Shown here in pieces: positions 1 through 11,061 of a stretch of 64,000 nt of DNA (positions are counted from its first letter, which is position 1; the number at the start of each line of letters is the position of its first letter). The notes under the pieces are model-generated. The model ran no database searches, was not told the origin of the DNA, and saw nothing but the letters and a program-made list of their open reading frames with translations. Made by a program: the position numbers and the translations under genes. The stretch lies in sequence record OR670491.1; one strand, 5' to 3'.

Positions 1-111
1 ATTTTGTGTCGTGATACACTTTTTTATTCTTGTGTGTACTAGTGTAGTATATAAGTTAGTTCCGTTCTTTAAAGATTTGCACAGTAAAATCCGTGCTAAG
101 AAGAGAGGTGA

Positions 112-468
112 GTGATGTTATCATTTGCGGGTCAGATTATCGTCATGGGTATTACATTATTATTCACGGTGAATAGTATTATTTTACTCGGTAAGTACTT
201 TAATATTCGTCCAATGAATAAGTTGTACGATAAATTAAAAGAAGATAATCCATTCTATGTATTTTTATCTGTAGCAATTGGCATAGGTTTCGTTTTAGAA
301 GTTATTGGTTTAATTGCATCTGCACCAGTTGTGATTGTTTTTGGAATCTTTTCTGCTACATGTGGGTTATTATTATTTTCTTTAGGTTTAATACTCGACC
401 TATCGATTAACATTGGTATTAAACTTAAGAAGTTTCATGAAAAGCAACTTCAGAGGGACGTAAAATGA
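112..468 (+). CDS. hypothetical membrane protein
   Basis: ORF with about three hydrophobic segments; GAGG RBS upstream. Confidence 0.75.
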   Translation: MMLSFAGQIIVMGITLLFTVNSIILLGKYFNIRPMNKLYDKLKEDNPFYVFLSVAIGIGFVLEVIGLIASAPVVIVFGIFSATCGLLLFSLGLILDLSINIGIKLKKFHEKQLQRDVK

Positions 469-836
469 CATACCGTGAGTACTTCCTAATTGTTCATATC
501 TTATTTTTTACCGTATTTTCTGTTGTAGGGTTGATGTATTATTTTTGTATTCAACCAGTGTACAATTACTTCCAGAAGACTACTGACACAAAGGTTGTTG
601 GTACAATTGCTGCAATCCTATTATATATGTTGAGTATCCTTCTTATAATTGGTGAAGTATTTTTTGATGGTATGCCAAATTCAGACGGTTTGCTTATTCA
701 TGAGTTTATAACTGGTTTATATTGTTTAGTTGGGTTTATTGCATTTGTGATTTTTACAGTGTACAGGATCTATAAATTTTTCATGTATCTTGGTGGACTA
801 CACGATTCTATTCGTCAGAAACGTATGGGGGAATAA
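465..836 (+). CDS. hypothetical membrane protein
   Basis: ATGA overlap with previous ORF; about three hydrophobic segments. Confidence 0.75.
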   Translation: MTYREYFLIVHILFFTVFSVVGLMYYFCIQPVYNYFQKTTDTKVVGTIAAILLYMLSILLIIGEVFFDGMPNSDGLLIHEFITGLYCLVGFIAFVIFTVYRIYKFFMYLGGLHDSIRQKRMGE

Positions 837-874
837 AAAAATACCCAGTACTGAAATATTGTACTGGGTATTTT
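837..874. terminator. intrinsic terminator (possibly bidirectional)
   Basis: AAAATACCCAGTAC-9 nt-GTACTGGGTATTTT inverted repeat. Confidence 0.8.
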
Positions 875-882
875 AATATATT

Positions 883-1236
883 ATGAGATTCATTAAAGCG
901 AGCTTGCAATCACAAAAGAAATGTCAAATTATAATTGAACACGATGGTTTGAAGATATCAGCATTTGATTTTGGAAGTACTAAACATTCTATTTGCTTTA
1001 ATGATCCTGACAACGCAGTGTATTGTCTTATGATTAAAGTAAACTACTTACATAAACTTATAACAGAACCTGAATATTTTGTTCGTTTCAAAAACTTTAG
1101 TACAGAGAAACTACATGAGATATATAGAATTTCAATGATTGCATATACATTTTTGGGAATACCTGATGATGAACTTGATGTGACATTCCCTGGTGAAGCT
1201 AAAATACCTAAAGAATCATTTTGGAAGGATTTATGA
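883..1236 (+). CDS. hypothetical protein
   Basis: 117 aa ORF in + strand run. Confidence 0.7.
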   Translation: MRFIKASLQSQKKCQIIIEHDGLKISAFDFGSTKHSICFNDPDNAVYCLMIKVNYLHKLITEPEYFVRFKNFSTEKLHEIYRISMIAYTFLGIPDDELDVTFPGEAKIPKESFWKDL

Positions 1237-1874
1237 AACACAGACTTAATAAGTTTTACACTGACTATTTCAAAGATGTAAATGCATTCTTTAAAAAATA
1301 CAAGATGCATACTAAAAATGCACAGAACAGACGAAACCCAGCATTTGCCAGACCAAGTAGAAATATTACTTCATGTACACCTACGTGCTCAACGAAAAAG
1401 ATGTTAAGTGCCAAAGGTATAAAGATAGCTTATATTGAAGCATATAAAGATAATGCACGTTTGAATAGTACTGATGATATTAAATTCAGTTCTGTTAAAA
1501 TGAAAATTGGTGATATTCAGTGTGAAATGGCTGTTGATTTGGAATACAATCTGGAAATCAGAATGTATGTAGCTCACGATAGTTCACGAAAAGTGGAATT
1601 AATGGGAATAACATCTTATATTTGTAAAGATACAGATGGATTTGCATTGAAAACTTCAACGTTCAACGTTGATTCGGTAGATGATCTCGATGGTGCATTA
1701 AATCATCTGATGAGTTCTGAATGTACAGACGAACTAATGTTCCAGTACTCACTGTTGTATAAAGATATTGACCAGTACATTGAAATGTGCAAAGTACTAC
1801 AACGTGTATATGATATGTACATGAAGACTGGAAAACTAACTGCATTTATTTTATATAACGCAGTAGAGGTATGA
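1233..1874 (+). CDS. family C (FQxS motif) protein
   Basis: ELMFQYSLLY motif; ATG at 1233 overlaps previous stop. Confidence 0.75.
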   Translation: MKHRLNKFYTDYFKDVNAFFKKYKMHTKNAQNRRNPAFARPSRNITSCTPTCSTKKMLSAKGIKIAYIEAYKDNARLNSTDDIKFSSVKMKIGDIQCEMAVDLEYNLEIRMYVAHDSSRKVELMGITSYICKDTDGFALKTSTFNVDSVDDLDGALNHLMSSECTDELMFQYSLLYKDIDQYIEMCKVLQRVYDMYMKTGKLTAFILYNAVEV

Positions 1875-1875
1875 T

Positions 1876-2085
1876 ATGGAAAAGTTTTATAGTTCACTAC
1901 TTCTATCTACTGAACTTGTATCATTTATGGTGTGCAAGACTAAGAAAGATTATTACATTAATAATCCAAATCCTTTAAATGATATAGAGCTATCACTTAA
2001 ATTTGTAAATTGTACTGAAAATATATTAAAGTACAACAATAAAGTTTATTTTAATGTATTGAAATTGATATTTGTATATAACTAA
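1876..2085 (+). CDS. family A-like microprotein
   Basis: C-terminus YFNVLKLIFVYN resembles family A at 13.7-17.4 kb. Confidence 0.6.
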   Translation: MEKFYSSLLLSTELVSFMVCKTKKDYYINNPNPLNDIELSLKFVNCTENILKYNNKVYFNVLKLIFVYN

Positions 2086-2112
2086 AAAGCCAGTACAAAG
2101 TACTGGCTTTAT
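2085..2112. terminator. bidirectional terminator between convergent genes
   Basis: AAAGCCAGTAC-AAA-GTACTGGCTTT. Confidence 0.85.
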
Positions 2113-2113
2113 T

Positions 2114-3319
2114 TTATATACCACGACTGGGTATTTGATATAATTGGAATTTAGTGTAGTAATCAGAAACTGTTGTCCCGGCTGCTTGTGGGATATAGCC
2201 ACTCAAATACACATCCCCTTGATTATCCATATACACTGTTGTACATTCACTTGAACAGAATAACTCGGTGTTAGATACTTTAGGAGCATCAACTGGTGTT
2301 ACAAATGTAGTACTTGATGTTGTATTACCGCGACCGAGCTTACCATACGTGTTTATACCACACATATAAAGTGAATCGGCAGTTTTAACCGTAAGCCCAC
2401 CATATGTTAATGAATTTGATTTCATTTCCATATCATCTGATATTGGTAGAGTGGAGATAGTGGATAATACTGTCCAAGAATTAGCGGATGAACCATTACC
2501 CAAGTTACCATCGGACTGAATCCCACTTGCACGAACTGTATATGTATTATTCGTGTTGTGTTTATATACAACCCATGATGCACTCCCACCGAGTTCATAA
2601 TGTATAACAGTATTGTTGGCGAATGCACCCATTTGTGTCCATACTCTAATGTTAGTTGCATTATTACTTATACCAAGCGAACCCCATGTGTTTTGACCAG
2701 TGACCCAAAGTGTTTTATCAATTTTCTGCACAATCACTGCACTTGAACCTGTTTTAACACTATCAACATTCGTATTAATTGACGTAAAAGTTGATAATCT
2801 AGTGGTTGTGTTATTACCAAAATATCCCTGTGTATTCGTCCCCATTCCATATAGCGTACCATTTTCAAGTAAAACAAAAATACCCTCACCTACAAGTTGA
2901 ATGTCCTTAATTTGGGACAATTGTGTAGCATTGAATACTGATGTAAAATATGAAGTACAATCAGTATAAGTACTGGCAGTACTTAAACCTGCACCAATAG
3001 CTTTACCAACCCCACTGTAATAAAATTTATTATCTTCAGTTTGGATTAAATTAAAAGTACCTTGGGCTGTTCTGAAACGTTTTACATTTTGGTATATTAA
3101 AGTCCATTCTTTTACTTTCGCATTATGTACACCATTCCCGAATCCATAGTTTTGTGAAGTAGTTCCACCTATACCCATTAAGTCTCCATTTTTATATAAT
3201 AGTAAGAGTGCTGTTGCTGGAATTACTGACGCACTATAACCATTGTACATAAAGATTTCTTTCACTTCAGGAACTTTCATTTTATTAGCGTATTTAACCA
3301 TTCTTGCAAAAGGTAACAT
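2114..3319 (-). CDS. RCC1/BLIP-II-like beta-propeller protein, paralog 1
   Basis: GxNxxGxLG repeats (GTNTQGYFG, GQNTWGSLG, GINTYGKLG); starts MLPFARMVKY; GGAG RBS. Confidence 0.85.
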   Translation of the reverse strand: MLPFARMVKYANKMKVPEVKEIFMYNGYSASVIPATALLLLYKNGDLMGIGGTTSQNYGFGNGVHNAKVKEWTLIYQNVKRFRTAQGTFNLIQTEDNKFYYSGVGKAIGAGLSTASTYTDCTSYFTSVFNATQLSQIKDIQLVGEGIFVLLENGTLYGMGTNTQGYFGNNTTTRLSTFTSINTNVDSVKTGSSAVIVQKIDKTLWVTGQNTWGSLGISNNATNIRVWTQMGAFANNTVIHYELGGSASWVVYKHNTNNTYTVRASGIQSDGNLGNGSSANSWTVLSTISTLPISDDMEMKSNSLTYGGLTVKTADSLYMCGINTYGKLGRGNTTSSTTFVTPVDAPKVSNTELFCSSECTTVYMDNQGDVYLSGYIPQAAGTTVSDYYTKFQLYQIPSRGI

Positions 3320-3362
3320 AAAATCCTCCTTTATTCATTATACTATATTTAGCCAAAAAGGA

Positions 3363-3390
3363 AAAGCCAGTACTTGAGTACTGGCATTAT
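3363..3390 (-). terminator. intrinsic terminator
   Basis: GCCAGTAC-TTGA-GTACTGGC with A-tract on + strand left side. Confidence 0.8.
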
Positions 3391-3396
3391 AAAGAA

Positions 3397-4572
3397 TCAA
3401 ATTGTAGGAAGTAGGAATTCTTTCATAACAGATGAACTACTCGCACTGACATTATCTGGTGATTTCCCTGCGTAGTATAATTTATTATTAATGAACATAT
3501 ATAATGTTGCATCATTCCCTGCAACAAGAGAAACCTCTTTATTAAAAACAACACCACTAGGTAAAATTGCTTCAACGAATGAACCTGATTCGCGTGTGGT
3601 ATTATTTGCTAATTGACCATTGTTATTATAACCAGTACTATAAATTTTACCTGAACTATAATACACAAGCCCACGTGTACTAGTGTTTTCTATACGAAGG
3701 AATTCACTATCATCTGGAACTGAAGTTGATAAAGTTGCATTTAACTTATAAGCGGATGTTGTATTATTATTACCCAACTGACCATAACCTTGATATCCTA
3801 GTGTATACATAGGACATGATTCTGGTGTACCTTTAGTTATAACACCAAAATAATTCGAACTACAAAAAGCGTCTATAACTTCTGTAACAGGTGTACCCTT
3901 ATATTGAACCCAAGGGAATACATATGATTGTTGTTTGCCATTCCCTAAAGTACCAGAGCTTGTTGTTCCGGTACGCCATATTGTATCATCAAGTTTAATA
4001 ATCCAGTTAGCAGATGTTATAGATGAACAGAATTTTTTAACATTATCAATTAAGTATGTAAATTTATTATAATATGATGCAGTGTTTAGCCCAAACTTAG
4101 CACCAGTATTATCACCTAACAAATATAAACTATTATCAGTACCTAAAATGACAGCATAATCATAACCTACATATATCTCTTTTATTTTTGAAATACCAAA
4201 TTGTGTAAAATAGCTTGTACATTCAGTGAATGTTGTTACTGTATTTGTTGTATTATTACCTAACCATTTATCAAAACCACTAAAAAAGAATCTATCATCA
4301 TTTGTGCGTATTAGACAAAAAGCGTTCCCTGTACTACACCAGAAATCTTTAACATTGCTATATATTTTTGTCCATTCCTGTACCTGTGTCGTATTACCTA
4401 GACCAAAAATACCACCATTTTGAAGACCGATGGCCCATACTGAACCATTTTTATCAAGTAGCATTGTAGTTGTAAATGAGTATCCAGATGATGGTGTAAC
4501 CAATTTAACAAAATTTGGGATATATGGCACGACCTTATTTCCGTACTTAGCCATCCTTGCAAAAGGTAACAT
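3397..4572 (-). CDS. RCC1/BLIP-II-like protein, paralog 2
   Basis: GYQGYGQLG, GYNNNGQLA repeats; starts MLPFARMAKY. Confidence 0.85.
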   Translation of the reverse strand: MLPFARMAKYGNKVVPYIPNFVKLVTPSSGYSFTTTMLLDKNGSVWAIGLQNGGIFGLGNTTQVQEWTKIYSNVKDFWCSTGNAFCLIRTNDDRFFFSGFDKWLGNNTTNTVTTFTECTSYFTQFGISKIKEIYVGYDYAVILGTDNSLYLLGDNTGAKFGLNTASYYNKFTYLIDNVKKFCSSITSANWIIKLDDTIWRTGTTSSGTLGNGKQQSYVFPWVQYKGTPVTEVIDAFCSSNYFGVITKGTPESCPMYTLGYQGYGQLGNNNTTSAYKLNATLSTSVPDDSEFLRIENTSTRGLVYYSSGKIYSTGYNNNGQLANNTTRESGSFVEAILPSGVVFNKEVSLVAGNDATLYMFINNKLYYAGKSPDNVSASSSSVMKEFLLPTI

Positions 4573-4617
4573 AATTTCTCTCCTTTATTCATTATAATGT
4601 ATTTACCCAAAAAAAGA

Positions 4618-4645
4618 AATGCCAGTACTGGAGTACTGGCATTAT
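4618..4645 (-). terminator. intrinsic terminator
   Basis: ATGCCAGTAC-TGGA-GTACTGGCAT. Confidence 0.75.
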
Positions 4646-4646
4646 A

Positions 4647-5990
4647 TTATTGTAAAGGTATTTCAGTTAAGGTGCTATATTGTGTTCCGTTATATATACC
4701 CCTCCAGTATAATTTACCTTCAGTACTAATAACTAATAAACCATATGTTGTAAACCCTAGAGTTCCTCCGACATACATAGCATCTTTTATTCTAATACCA
4801 ATGTCTTCATATGTAAACTCTGATACTTCACCAGCATTCCACGCTGGACTGTAATAATAATCAGTATAAACACCATGTGCTTTATATAGGGACGTCAATC
4901 CAGGTTCAAAAATTACAGTTCCGCAGTAGTTCATTCTTATTTTAGTACTGGATGAAGTTGGTATATTACCAAAAATATTATCTTTTAACCCAGTAGTTAG
5001 AACGTTGAAACCACCACCAATGGAGTTAACGTTATTCACGCCACTTAGACTCATACCAACGTTGTATCCCATGCAATACACACTACTGCTACCATTCCAG
5101 TAAGAAAAACCGCCGCCACGACCACAACGATATAATTGTGAATTTGAACAGTACATCATACCTTCGTTTGATGCGTCATAGTCGTCTGCTGTTCCAATTG
5201 TAGCTACAGTAGTCCAAGTTTTAATTACTTGGTTTGCACTAGCTGGTGTTTGTATGCCATATCTGATATTATATCCCTTACCGACTATGGTCCCATCTAA
5301 TAATTTGGCATACAGTACTGGTCTAGCCCCATTATAATAAACGTTATTATGTGACATATCAATTGTACTTCGTAATGAAACTGCTTTTTGTGTCAATTGG
5401 TTATCTTTAGTAAAAGATGAAAAGTAGTAATCTGCTGTGGAGTTGTTTATTAAACCCTGAAAGGACTGACCCATATACCAGACTTCTCCGTTTGAGTTCA
5501 ATGCTGCCAAAATACAACTATATTTGGATGTGTACCCAGTATTAGTGCCTGGACCTTTATCATACCCACCACTGAATACCATATCAACGACATCACCAAC
5601 GCTAGTGAAATATGACGAAACATCGATGAATCCAGATGTTAAAAATGGTGCAGTCGTCATCCCTGTATTTGTGAATATTCCATTTGCATATACACCACAA
5701 AAATTATACGAACCATCAATATCCTGTACTATGATACCATTAGAAAGTAACCAAAAGTTTTTTACATTTTTACGAACCAATTCAACACCTGCACCATTAT
5801 TAGGAGTTATTCCAAATGTAATTGCTTTAGTTGTGCCCATGCCATATAAATTCCCATTGGTTGCTAATATTGCACCAAGCCAGTTTCCACCTCCATTACT
5901 ATTACGACCCATACCAATGGAATCGAATTTCTTTACAGTTGGAGCTTCTACTGTATTCCCATAATCAAATAATCTAACAAAAGGTAACAT
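4647..5990 (-). CDS. RCC1/BLIP-II-like protein, paralog 3 (divergent)
   Basis: starts MLPFVRLFDYGN; NGNLYGMG, NGEVWYMG blade motifs. Confidence 0.8.
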   Translation of the reverse strand: MLPFVRLFDYGNTVEAPTVKKFDSIGMGRNSNGGGNWLGAILATNGNLYGMGTTKAITFGITPNNGAGVELVRKNVKNFWLLSNGIIVQDIDGSYNFCGVYANGIFTNTGMTTAPFLTSGFIDVSSYFTSVGDVVDMVFSGGYDKGPGTNTGYTSKYSCILAALNSNGEVWYMGQSFQGLINNSTADYYFSSFTKDNQLTQKAVSLRSTIDMSHNNVYYNGARPVLYAKLLDGTIVGKGYNIRYGIQTPASANQVIKTWTTVATIGTADDYDASNEGMMYCSNSQLYRCGRGGGFSYWNGSSSVYCMGYNVGMSLSGVNNVNSIGGGFNVLTTGLKDNIFGNIPTSSSTKIRMNYCGTVIFEPGLTSLYKAHGVYTDYYYSPAWNAGEVSEFTYEDIGIRIKDAMYVGGTLGFTTYGLLVISTEGKLYWRGIYNGTQYSTLTEIPLQ

Positions 5991-6032
5991 ATATTCCTCC
6001 TTTATTCATTATACTATATTTAGCCAAAAAGG

Positions 6033-6060
6033 AAAAGCCAGTACTTGAGTACTGGCTTTA
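6033..6060 (-). terminator. intrinsic terminator
   Basis: AAAGCCAGTAC-TTGA-GTACTGGCTTT. Confidence 0.8.
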
Positions 6061-6062
6061 TG

Positions 6063-7214
6063 TCAATAAACATCCCAAGGTAATGGTGTCTTTCTAAACC
6101 CATACCTAGTTGCGTTCTGCCCATCTCCGGCTATGTATCTACCAGTACCACACTGATATAATTCAGTACTGCTACATATCGCACCACCAATAGTACCACT
6201 ACCCCACTGAGTTATATTGGAATATAATATTGGCAAATCACTACATTTAGTATATAATGCAACAGTAGCAGCACCACTCGCACCACCAAAAACACTTCGG
6301 TTCGAACCCGTGTAATATATACCATCTGGACTCATAAATGCGGAAGTATAAGTTGTACTACAATCCACTGGACTTCTTATATTATTAAGATCACTTGGGT
6401 ATACCCTAGCACCATATGTGTATACATTACCTGTAGTAGTAATACCATTACCTAACTGACCATTATTTTGTCCACCACATGTAACTAACGATCCACTACC
6501 AGAAACAATGGCAGTAGCATTATAAGAAGTACCTATAACAATAGAAGCTCCCGCCAATAGGTATGGGGCAGGAACTCCGGCTGCATTCCCCTGACCTAAT
6601 TCACCATTGACATTTCTTCCCCATCCGTATACAGAAGTGGTATCCAATTGGCATAGTACTGAACCATAACTAAACGTATATCGTATATCCTTCACTGCCG
6701 ATGGTAAACCACTAACTTTAGTTGCAACACTAATAACGCCAGAAACGCCTGTTACTCCAGCGTTCGCGTTCAGATTACGTCCATATGCATATAAAGAGCC
6801 ATCAGCAGTTTTAATATGCATCATGCCATCTGTGCAATATAATGTATCTATACTACCCACTGCAACCTCTCCCATACTGGACGTTATATCGTTCCACCCA
6901 AGCGTTGTAGTACTAGAAATTAAGTTATTTCCGGCGTAAAGTATTCTATTATCATTAGTAACTACTACTGTATAATTGGCAGTAACGCCAATTAATCTAA
7001 CTTTCTCGTATATCTTAGACCACATTCCTATTGAATTTGTGTTAGTATCCAGAAACCCCAACTGACCAGCGGTATTATATCCAATACCCCACACATCACC
7101 TTCACTATCCAATAACACTTCATGGGAAAAACCAATCTTAAAATCTTTTATCGTTGGTGTTTCTGGAACAGGTTTAATATTTCCGTACTTAACCATTCTA
7201 GCAAAAGGTAACAT
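6063..7214 (-). CDS. RCC1/BLIP-II-like protein, paralog 4
   Basis: GYNTAGQLG, GRNVNGELGQG, GQNNGQLGNG. Confidence 0.88.
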   Translation of the reverse strand: MLPFARMVKYGNIKPVPETPTIKDFKIGFSHEVLLDSEGDVWGIGYNTAGQLGFLDTNTNSIGMWSKIYEKVRLIGVTANYTVVVTNDNRILYAGNNLISSTTTLGWNDITSSMGEVAVGSIDTLYCTDGMMHIKTADGSLYAYGRNLNANAGVTGVSGVISVATKVSGLPSAVKDIRYTFSYGSVLCQLDTTSVYGWGRNVNGELGQGNAAGVPAPYLLAGASIVIGTSYNATAIVSGSGSLVTCGGQNNGQLGNGITTTGNVYTYGARVYPSDLNNIRSPVDCSTTYTSAFMSPDGIYYTGSNRSVFGGASGAATVALYTKCSDLPILYSNITQWGSGTIGGAICSSTELYQCGTGRYIAGDGQNATRYGFRKTPLPWDVY

Positions 7215-7256
7215 AATTCCTCCTTTTATTTGTTATACTATATTTAATAAAAAAGA

Positions 7257-7281
7257 AAAGCCAGTATCAAGTACTGGCATT
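7257..7281 (-). terminator. intrinsic terminator
   Basis: GCCAGTA-TCAAG-TACTGGC. Confidence 0.7.
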
Positions 7282-7285
7282 ATTA

Positions 7286-8476
7286 TTACAATTGTCTAGG
7301 TGTATCCAGAACATATCTATTTGTACTAGGACCACCATCATCATCAGTTCCGGTTGAATATATATTTTTCATATCAGCAGTTAGAAAAGTACGATACGAA
7401 CCGCGATATATTTTTATTTTATCATACATAGAATATGTTATTTCTGACGGCAATGGACATGCAGTAAATTTACCAATGGTAACATCAGAACCAACACCCA
7501 ATGTGCCAGCATAACTACTCGCATTTAAACCAGTTGCATATACACCTGCACTCGTAACTAGTATACTAGATTGTGTTGGGTATCCAGTATGAATTGAATA
7601 CAAAGTACCGGGTGGTAAGGTTGTACTATTGTTTCCTAAAACTCCATTAACAGTGCTAGATGTAGTTTTATTTCCCCATGCTCCATTATTAGCTAATCCA
7701 CCAACTAGAAACTGACGTGCTCCTGTATTTGGATTCTCCACTAAAGCACTGACTGAACCCATTGAGCATACAGTGTATTGTAACGTTTTTGTGTATGTTG
7801 TACTTGGCTGATATAAAGTATATTCATTATATAAAGTCCATGTAGTGCTGGAACTTATACCGGATGTACCACCACCAATATATAAATTATTTTGTGTATC
7901 AAAAAACATTGCACAGCTATTTGTTGACATTATTTGTGCAATATCAACATCTGGTGTTACAGCTTTAACAAATGAACCATCGGTTATTTGTTGAGTTTTT
8001 CCAGTACCATCAGCGAATTGTTTAGCCCCACTCCAACCAGTACTCCATATTGTATTATTATCCATTAAGAAAGTAAACCACGTAGTACCTGCATACATCT
8101 GTTTAATTGAAGTACTTGAACTTTGTGTGAACAAATTTTCAATATATTGGTTATAACTTAAAAATGATGTAGTACTAGTTTCTAAACCAATATAACCACC
8201 ATAGCCACAATAAAAATAATTTAAGTCATTATCTTGTACTAACAAAGTTCCTTCTGACATCCAACAATCGTTAACGTTTTCTCTAATTAATGTCCATGTT
8301 CTTAATGCAGTGTTGTTTCCTCTCCCAAACTTCCCAAAACTATTATTGCCTCGTGCGTATAGTTGACCATCAGTATAAAGTACAACAACATCACTATTGA
8401 TTGGTATTATTTTCTTAATTTGAAGAGGCTCAGGTGTAATATTTCCATAATCAAACATTCTAACAAAAGGTAACAT
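7286..8476 (-). CDS. RCC1/BLIP-II-like protein, paralog 5
   Basis: GQLYARGNNSFGKFG; starts MLPFVRMFDYGN. Confidence 0.85.
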   Translation of the reverse strand: MLPFVRMFDYGNITPEPLQIKKIIPINSDVVVLYTDGQLYARGNNSFGKFGRGNNTALRTWTLIRENVNDCWMSEGTLLVQDNDLNYFYCGYGGYIGLETSTTSFLSYNQYIENLFTQSSSTSIKQMYAGTTWFTFLMDNNTIWSTGWSGAKQFADGTGKTQQITDGSFVKAVTPDVDIAQIMSTNSCAMFFDTQNNLYIGGGTSGISSSTTWTLYNEYTLYQPSTTYTKTLQYTVCSMGSVSALVENPNTGARQFLVGGLANNGAWGNKTTSSTVNGVLGNNSTTLPPGTLYSIHTGYPTQSSILVTSAGVYATGLNASSYAGTLGVGSDVTIGKFTACPLPSEITYSMYDKIKIYRGSYRTFLTADMKNIYSTGTDDDGGPSTNRYVLDTPRQL

Positions 8477-8520
8477 AACTAATTCTCCAAATTCAAATAA
8501 TTATAATGTATTTACAAAAA

Positions 8521-8553
8521 AAATACCAGCACATATTTCAGTACTGGTATCAT
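8521..8553 (-). terminator. intrinsic terminator
   Basis: ATACCAG...CTGGTAT with A-tract. Confidence 0.6.
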
Positions 8554-9735
8554 TTATGGTAAAATGATAGATTGTAACGAACTCATACCCAATGCTGGAA
8601 CACTAGCCTGTGGTGCTGGAGAATTCAATTTTGGTGATGAAACCGCATATGACATTCCTGAACCCAAATCTGGATCAAAAACTACAGCACAATAATTCCC
8701 ACTATATATAAGTCCATTCTTGTATCCTTGTGCACTTTGAATGCATTTCGTGAACGTACCAATATCTGTAGTGGCATTTATTAAGTTCCTCCCACGATAA
8801 CCGCAGGTGTATATGAAATTATCATCGCCTATGTACATACTAGAATCCCCAGAAGAACTACATAGATAAGACATATAAGCACGCATGTTTTTAGGAGCAA
8901 CTGACAATGTACCTGCATAGAATTTATTATTCGAACCCGTAATATCACCATCACCCAATGCACCAAAACTTCCCCAGCCAGTACCATAATATCTCTTATC
9001 ACTCAAGAATATAATACAGTTGTTATTACACATCTTGACTTGATATATCAATGAAGGATCAACCCCAGGGAATGATTCAGTGTATGTTAGAACAGCCAGA
9101 TCAGTACTAGCATTACATTGATGATATGTATTAGTACCAGCGGACAAGATTGTTCCATTAGCTAACAGAATTCTCGCAGTACCAGTACCAGCAGTACAAG
9201 CAACTGCACTTCCTGCACTTCCGGTGTATATTTGTCTGAAAGTAAAGAAACCAACAGTTTTACTTCCCTGCCCACTCCAACCAGTATTATCAACTCCACA
9301 CGCCCATACTGAACCATCTTCCATGATCATCATTACACCAAAGCGTTCTATTGAAATATAAACAATCTTTTTAGTATCAACTGCACGAAATCTAGAAGTT
9401 ATATCAGTCCATACCTTAACACTTACCGCCGTCGCACTGGAAGTAGGATCTTCACCAGCTATCATTATCCTCCCATTGTTAGTAAGATACATTGTCTGAC
9501 TATAACCAGTACTACAAAACTTAACACTATCAGTCTCTGGAACTTTTAACCACTCGTTGTAACGTGTTACGTTAGTGTTATTACCTAACTGATAATAGTT
9601 ATTCATCCCAGATACATATAACACACCATCCTTTATTAAACTATAAGTCGCACTATAGTCACTACAGGTATAACGTGTACCCACAGGTGGCTCAACGACG
9701 TTCCCATAATCAAACATTCTAACAAAAGGTAACAT
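8554..9735 (-). CDS. RCC1/BLIP-II-like protein, paralog 6
   Basis: GMNNYYQLG, GTNTYHQC, GWGSFGALG. Confidence 0.85.
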   Translation of the reverse strand: MLPFVRMFDYGNVVEPPVGTRYTCSDYSATYSLIKDGVLYVSGMNNYYQLGNNTNVTRYNEWLKVPETDSVKFCSTGYSQTMYLTNNGRIMIAGEDPTSSATAVSVKVWTDITSRFRAVDTKKIVYISIERFGVMMIMEDGSVWACGVDNTGWSGQGSKTVGFFTFRQIYTGSAGSAVACTAGTGTARILLANGTILSAGTNTYHQCNASTDLAVLTYTESFPGVDPSLIYQVKMCNNNCIIFLSDKRYYGTGWGSFGALGDGDITGSNNKFYAGTLSVAPKNMRAYMSYLCSSSGDSSMYIGDDNFIYTCGYRGRNLINATTDIGTFTKCIQSAQGYKNGLIYSGNYCAVVFDPDLGSGMSYAVSSPKLNSPAPQASVPALGMSSLQSIILP

Positions 9736-9780
9736 AATTCCCTCCTTTATTCATTATACTATATTTAATCAAAAAAAAAG

Positions 9781-9808
9781 AAATGTCAGTACTCAAGTAC
9801 TGGCATTG
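9781..9808 (-). terminator. intrinsic terminator
   Basis: ATGTCAGTAC-TCAA-GTACTGGCAT. Confidence 0.7.
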
Positions 9809-9811
9809 TGT

Positions 9812-10991
9812 TTATCTAAAAGGAACGCACTTTTTGAATTTATATATATATCCAGTCTCACCTTGTTCAGTAAAATACCCAGGGTTTCCAGTCCAGTATA
9901 AATCCTCACCTATACTAACTACCGATACTGAACCATTACCAATCGTACCAAACCACTCAACATGTGATAAGTCAACACTATCATCAAAGAATTCTATTGG
10001 TAATATTGAACCATAATTCCCAGAGACTGCGTTGCGGCCTAAACCAGCACCATTAGAATTATATCCCTTACCATTCGTATTAATAATGTTAGTACTGGAT
10101 TTTATTGCATTAACATAGGATACTGGTGAAAGTTTATCGAATGAATTTGCTGTTATATCGGTATAGGGATTGGTAGTAAATGATGACCTTATTATACCAG
10201 TATTTTCAGAACCACCTATAGTCAACTGTGTGTTCCAACCAGCCGCCATTAAAGACAAAGCAGATGTACTACTTTGAACAATCAAACGTGTTACCCATCG
10301 TGTAGCTTGTACTGCAATTACATGAGAACTACCAAGATTCAATGCAGTAAAACTAGTAATAGGCTTATTATCACCGGTTCCTAATTGATAAAAAGTATTC
10401 TCACCACAACGATAGTATATACCATCTTTTATATAGTGAAAGTTTCTGCTCATTTCACTAGATGCAATTGCAGATACACTAGTGTCAATTAAGAGTGGAG
10501 ATGTAATTGGTGCAGTTGCTGTACCCAATTCACTTGCACCATTCATGCCTATACCATATAACTGACTGTCACTTGTGAGTATTAGCATAGAATTGTTAGT
10601 ACTGGTTGTTGATGTTATTTTTATATCTTTTATAGAACTTGCAGAGATAGATCCAAAATATGATTCACAACGAGTCCACGTTGAAACAGAAGATGATATA
10701 CCAAACACCGAGTTTGTCCCGCTATAGTACAATTCCCCTTGTTTTGTTCTAATTATAGTACAATATAAAGAACTCCAGAAATCATCAACACTATAAGGAC
10801 ATAAAACCCATCTATCCAAAAAAGATGAACCAGTAACTCCCATTTTTGCTGATTGGTTTCCGTCCACGCATATATAATGACCCATCACTGTATAATACGC
10901 TTATTGAATTTTCATCACTATTAATTTTAACAACAGTATCTTTGACAGGGGCAATATTCCCATAATCAAATAATCTAACAAAAGGTAACAT
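9812..10991 (-). pseudogene. RCC1/BLIP-II-like protein, paralog 7, split by a +1 frameshift (real or sequencing error)
   Basis: MLPFVRLFDYGN start at 10991 with RBS runs into a stop; span 1180 nt = 3n+1; removing one T at 10857-10859 restores LYMRGRNQSAKMG. Confidence 0.8.
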
Positions 10992-11033
10992 ATATTCCTC
11001 CTTTATTCATTATACTATATTTAATAAAAAAGA

Positions 11034-11058
11034 AAAGCCAGTACTGAGTACTGGCATT
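11034..11058 (-). terminator. intrinsic terminator
   Basis: GCCAGTAC-TGA-GTACTGGC. Confidence 0.75.
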
Positions 11059-11061
11059 ATG

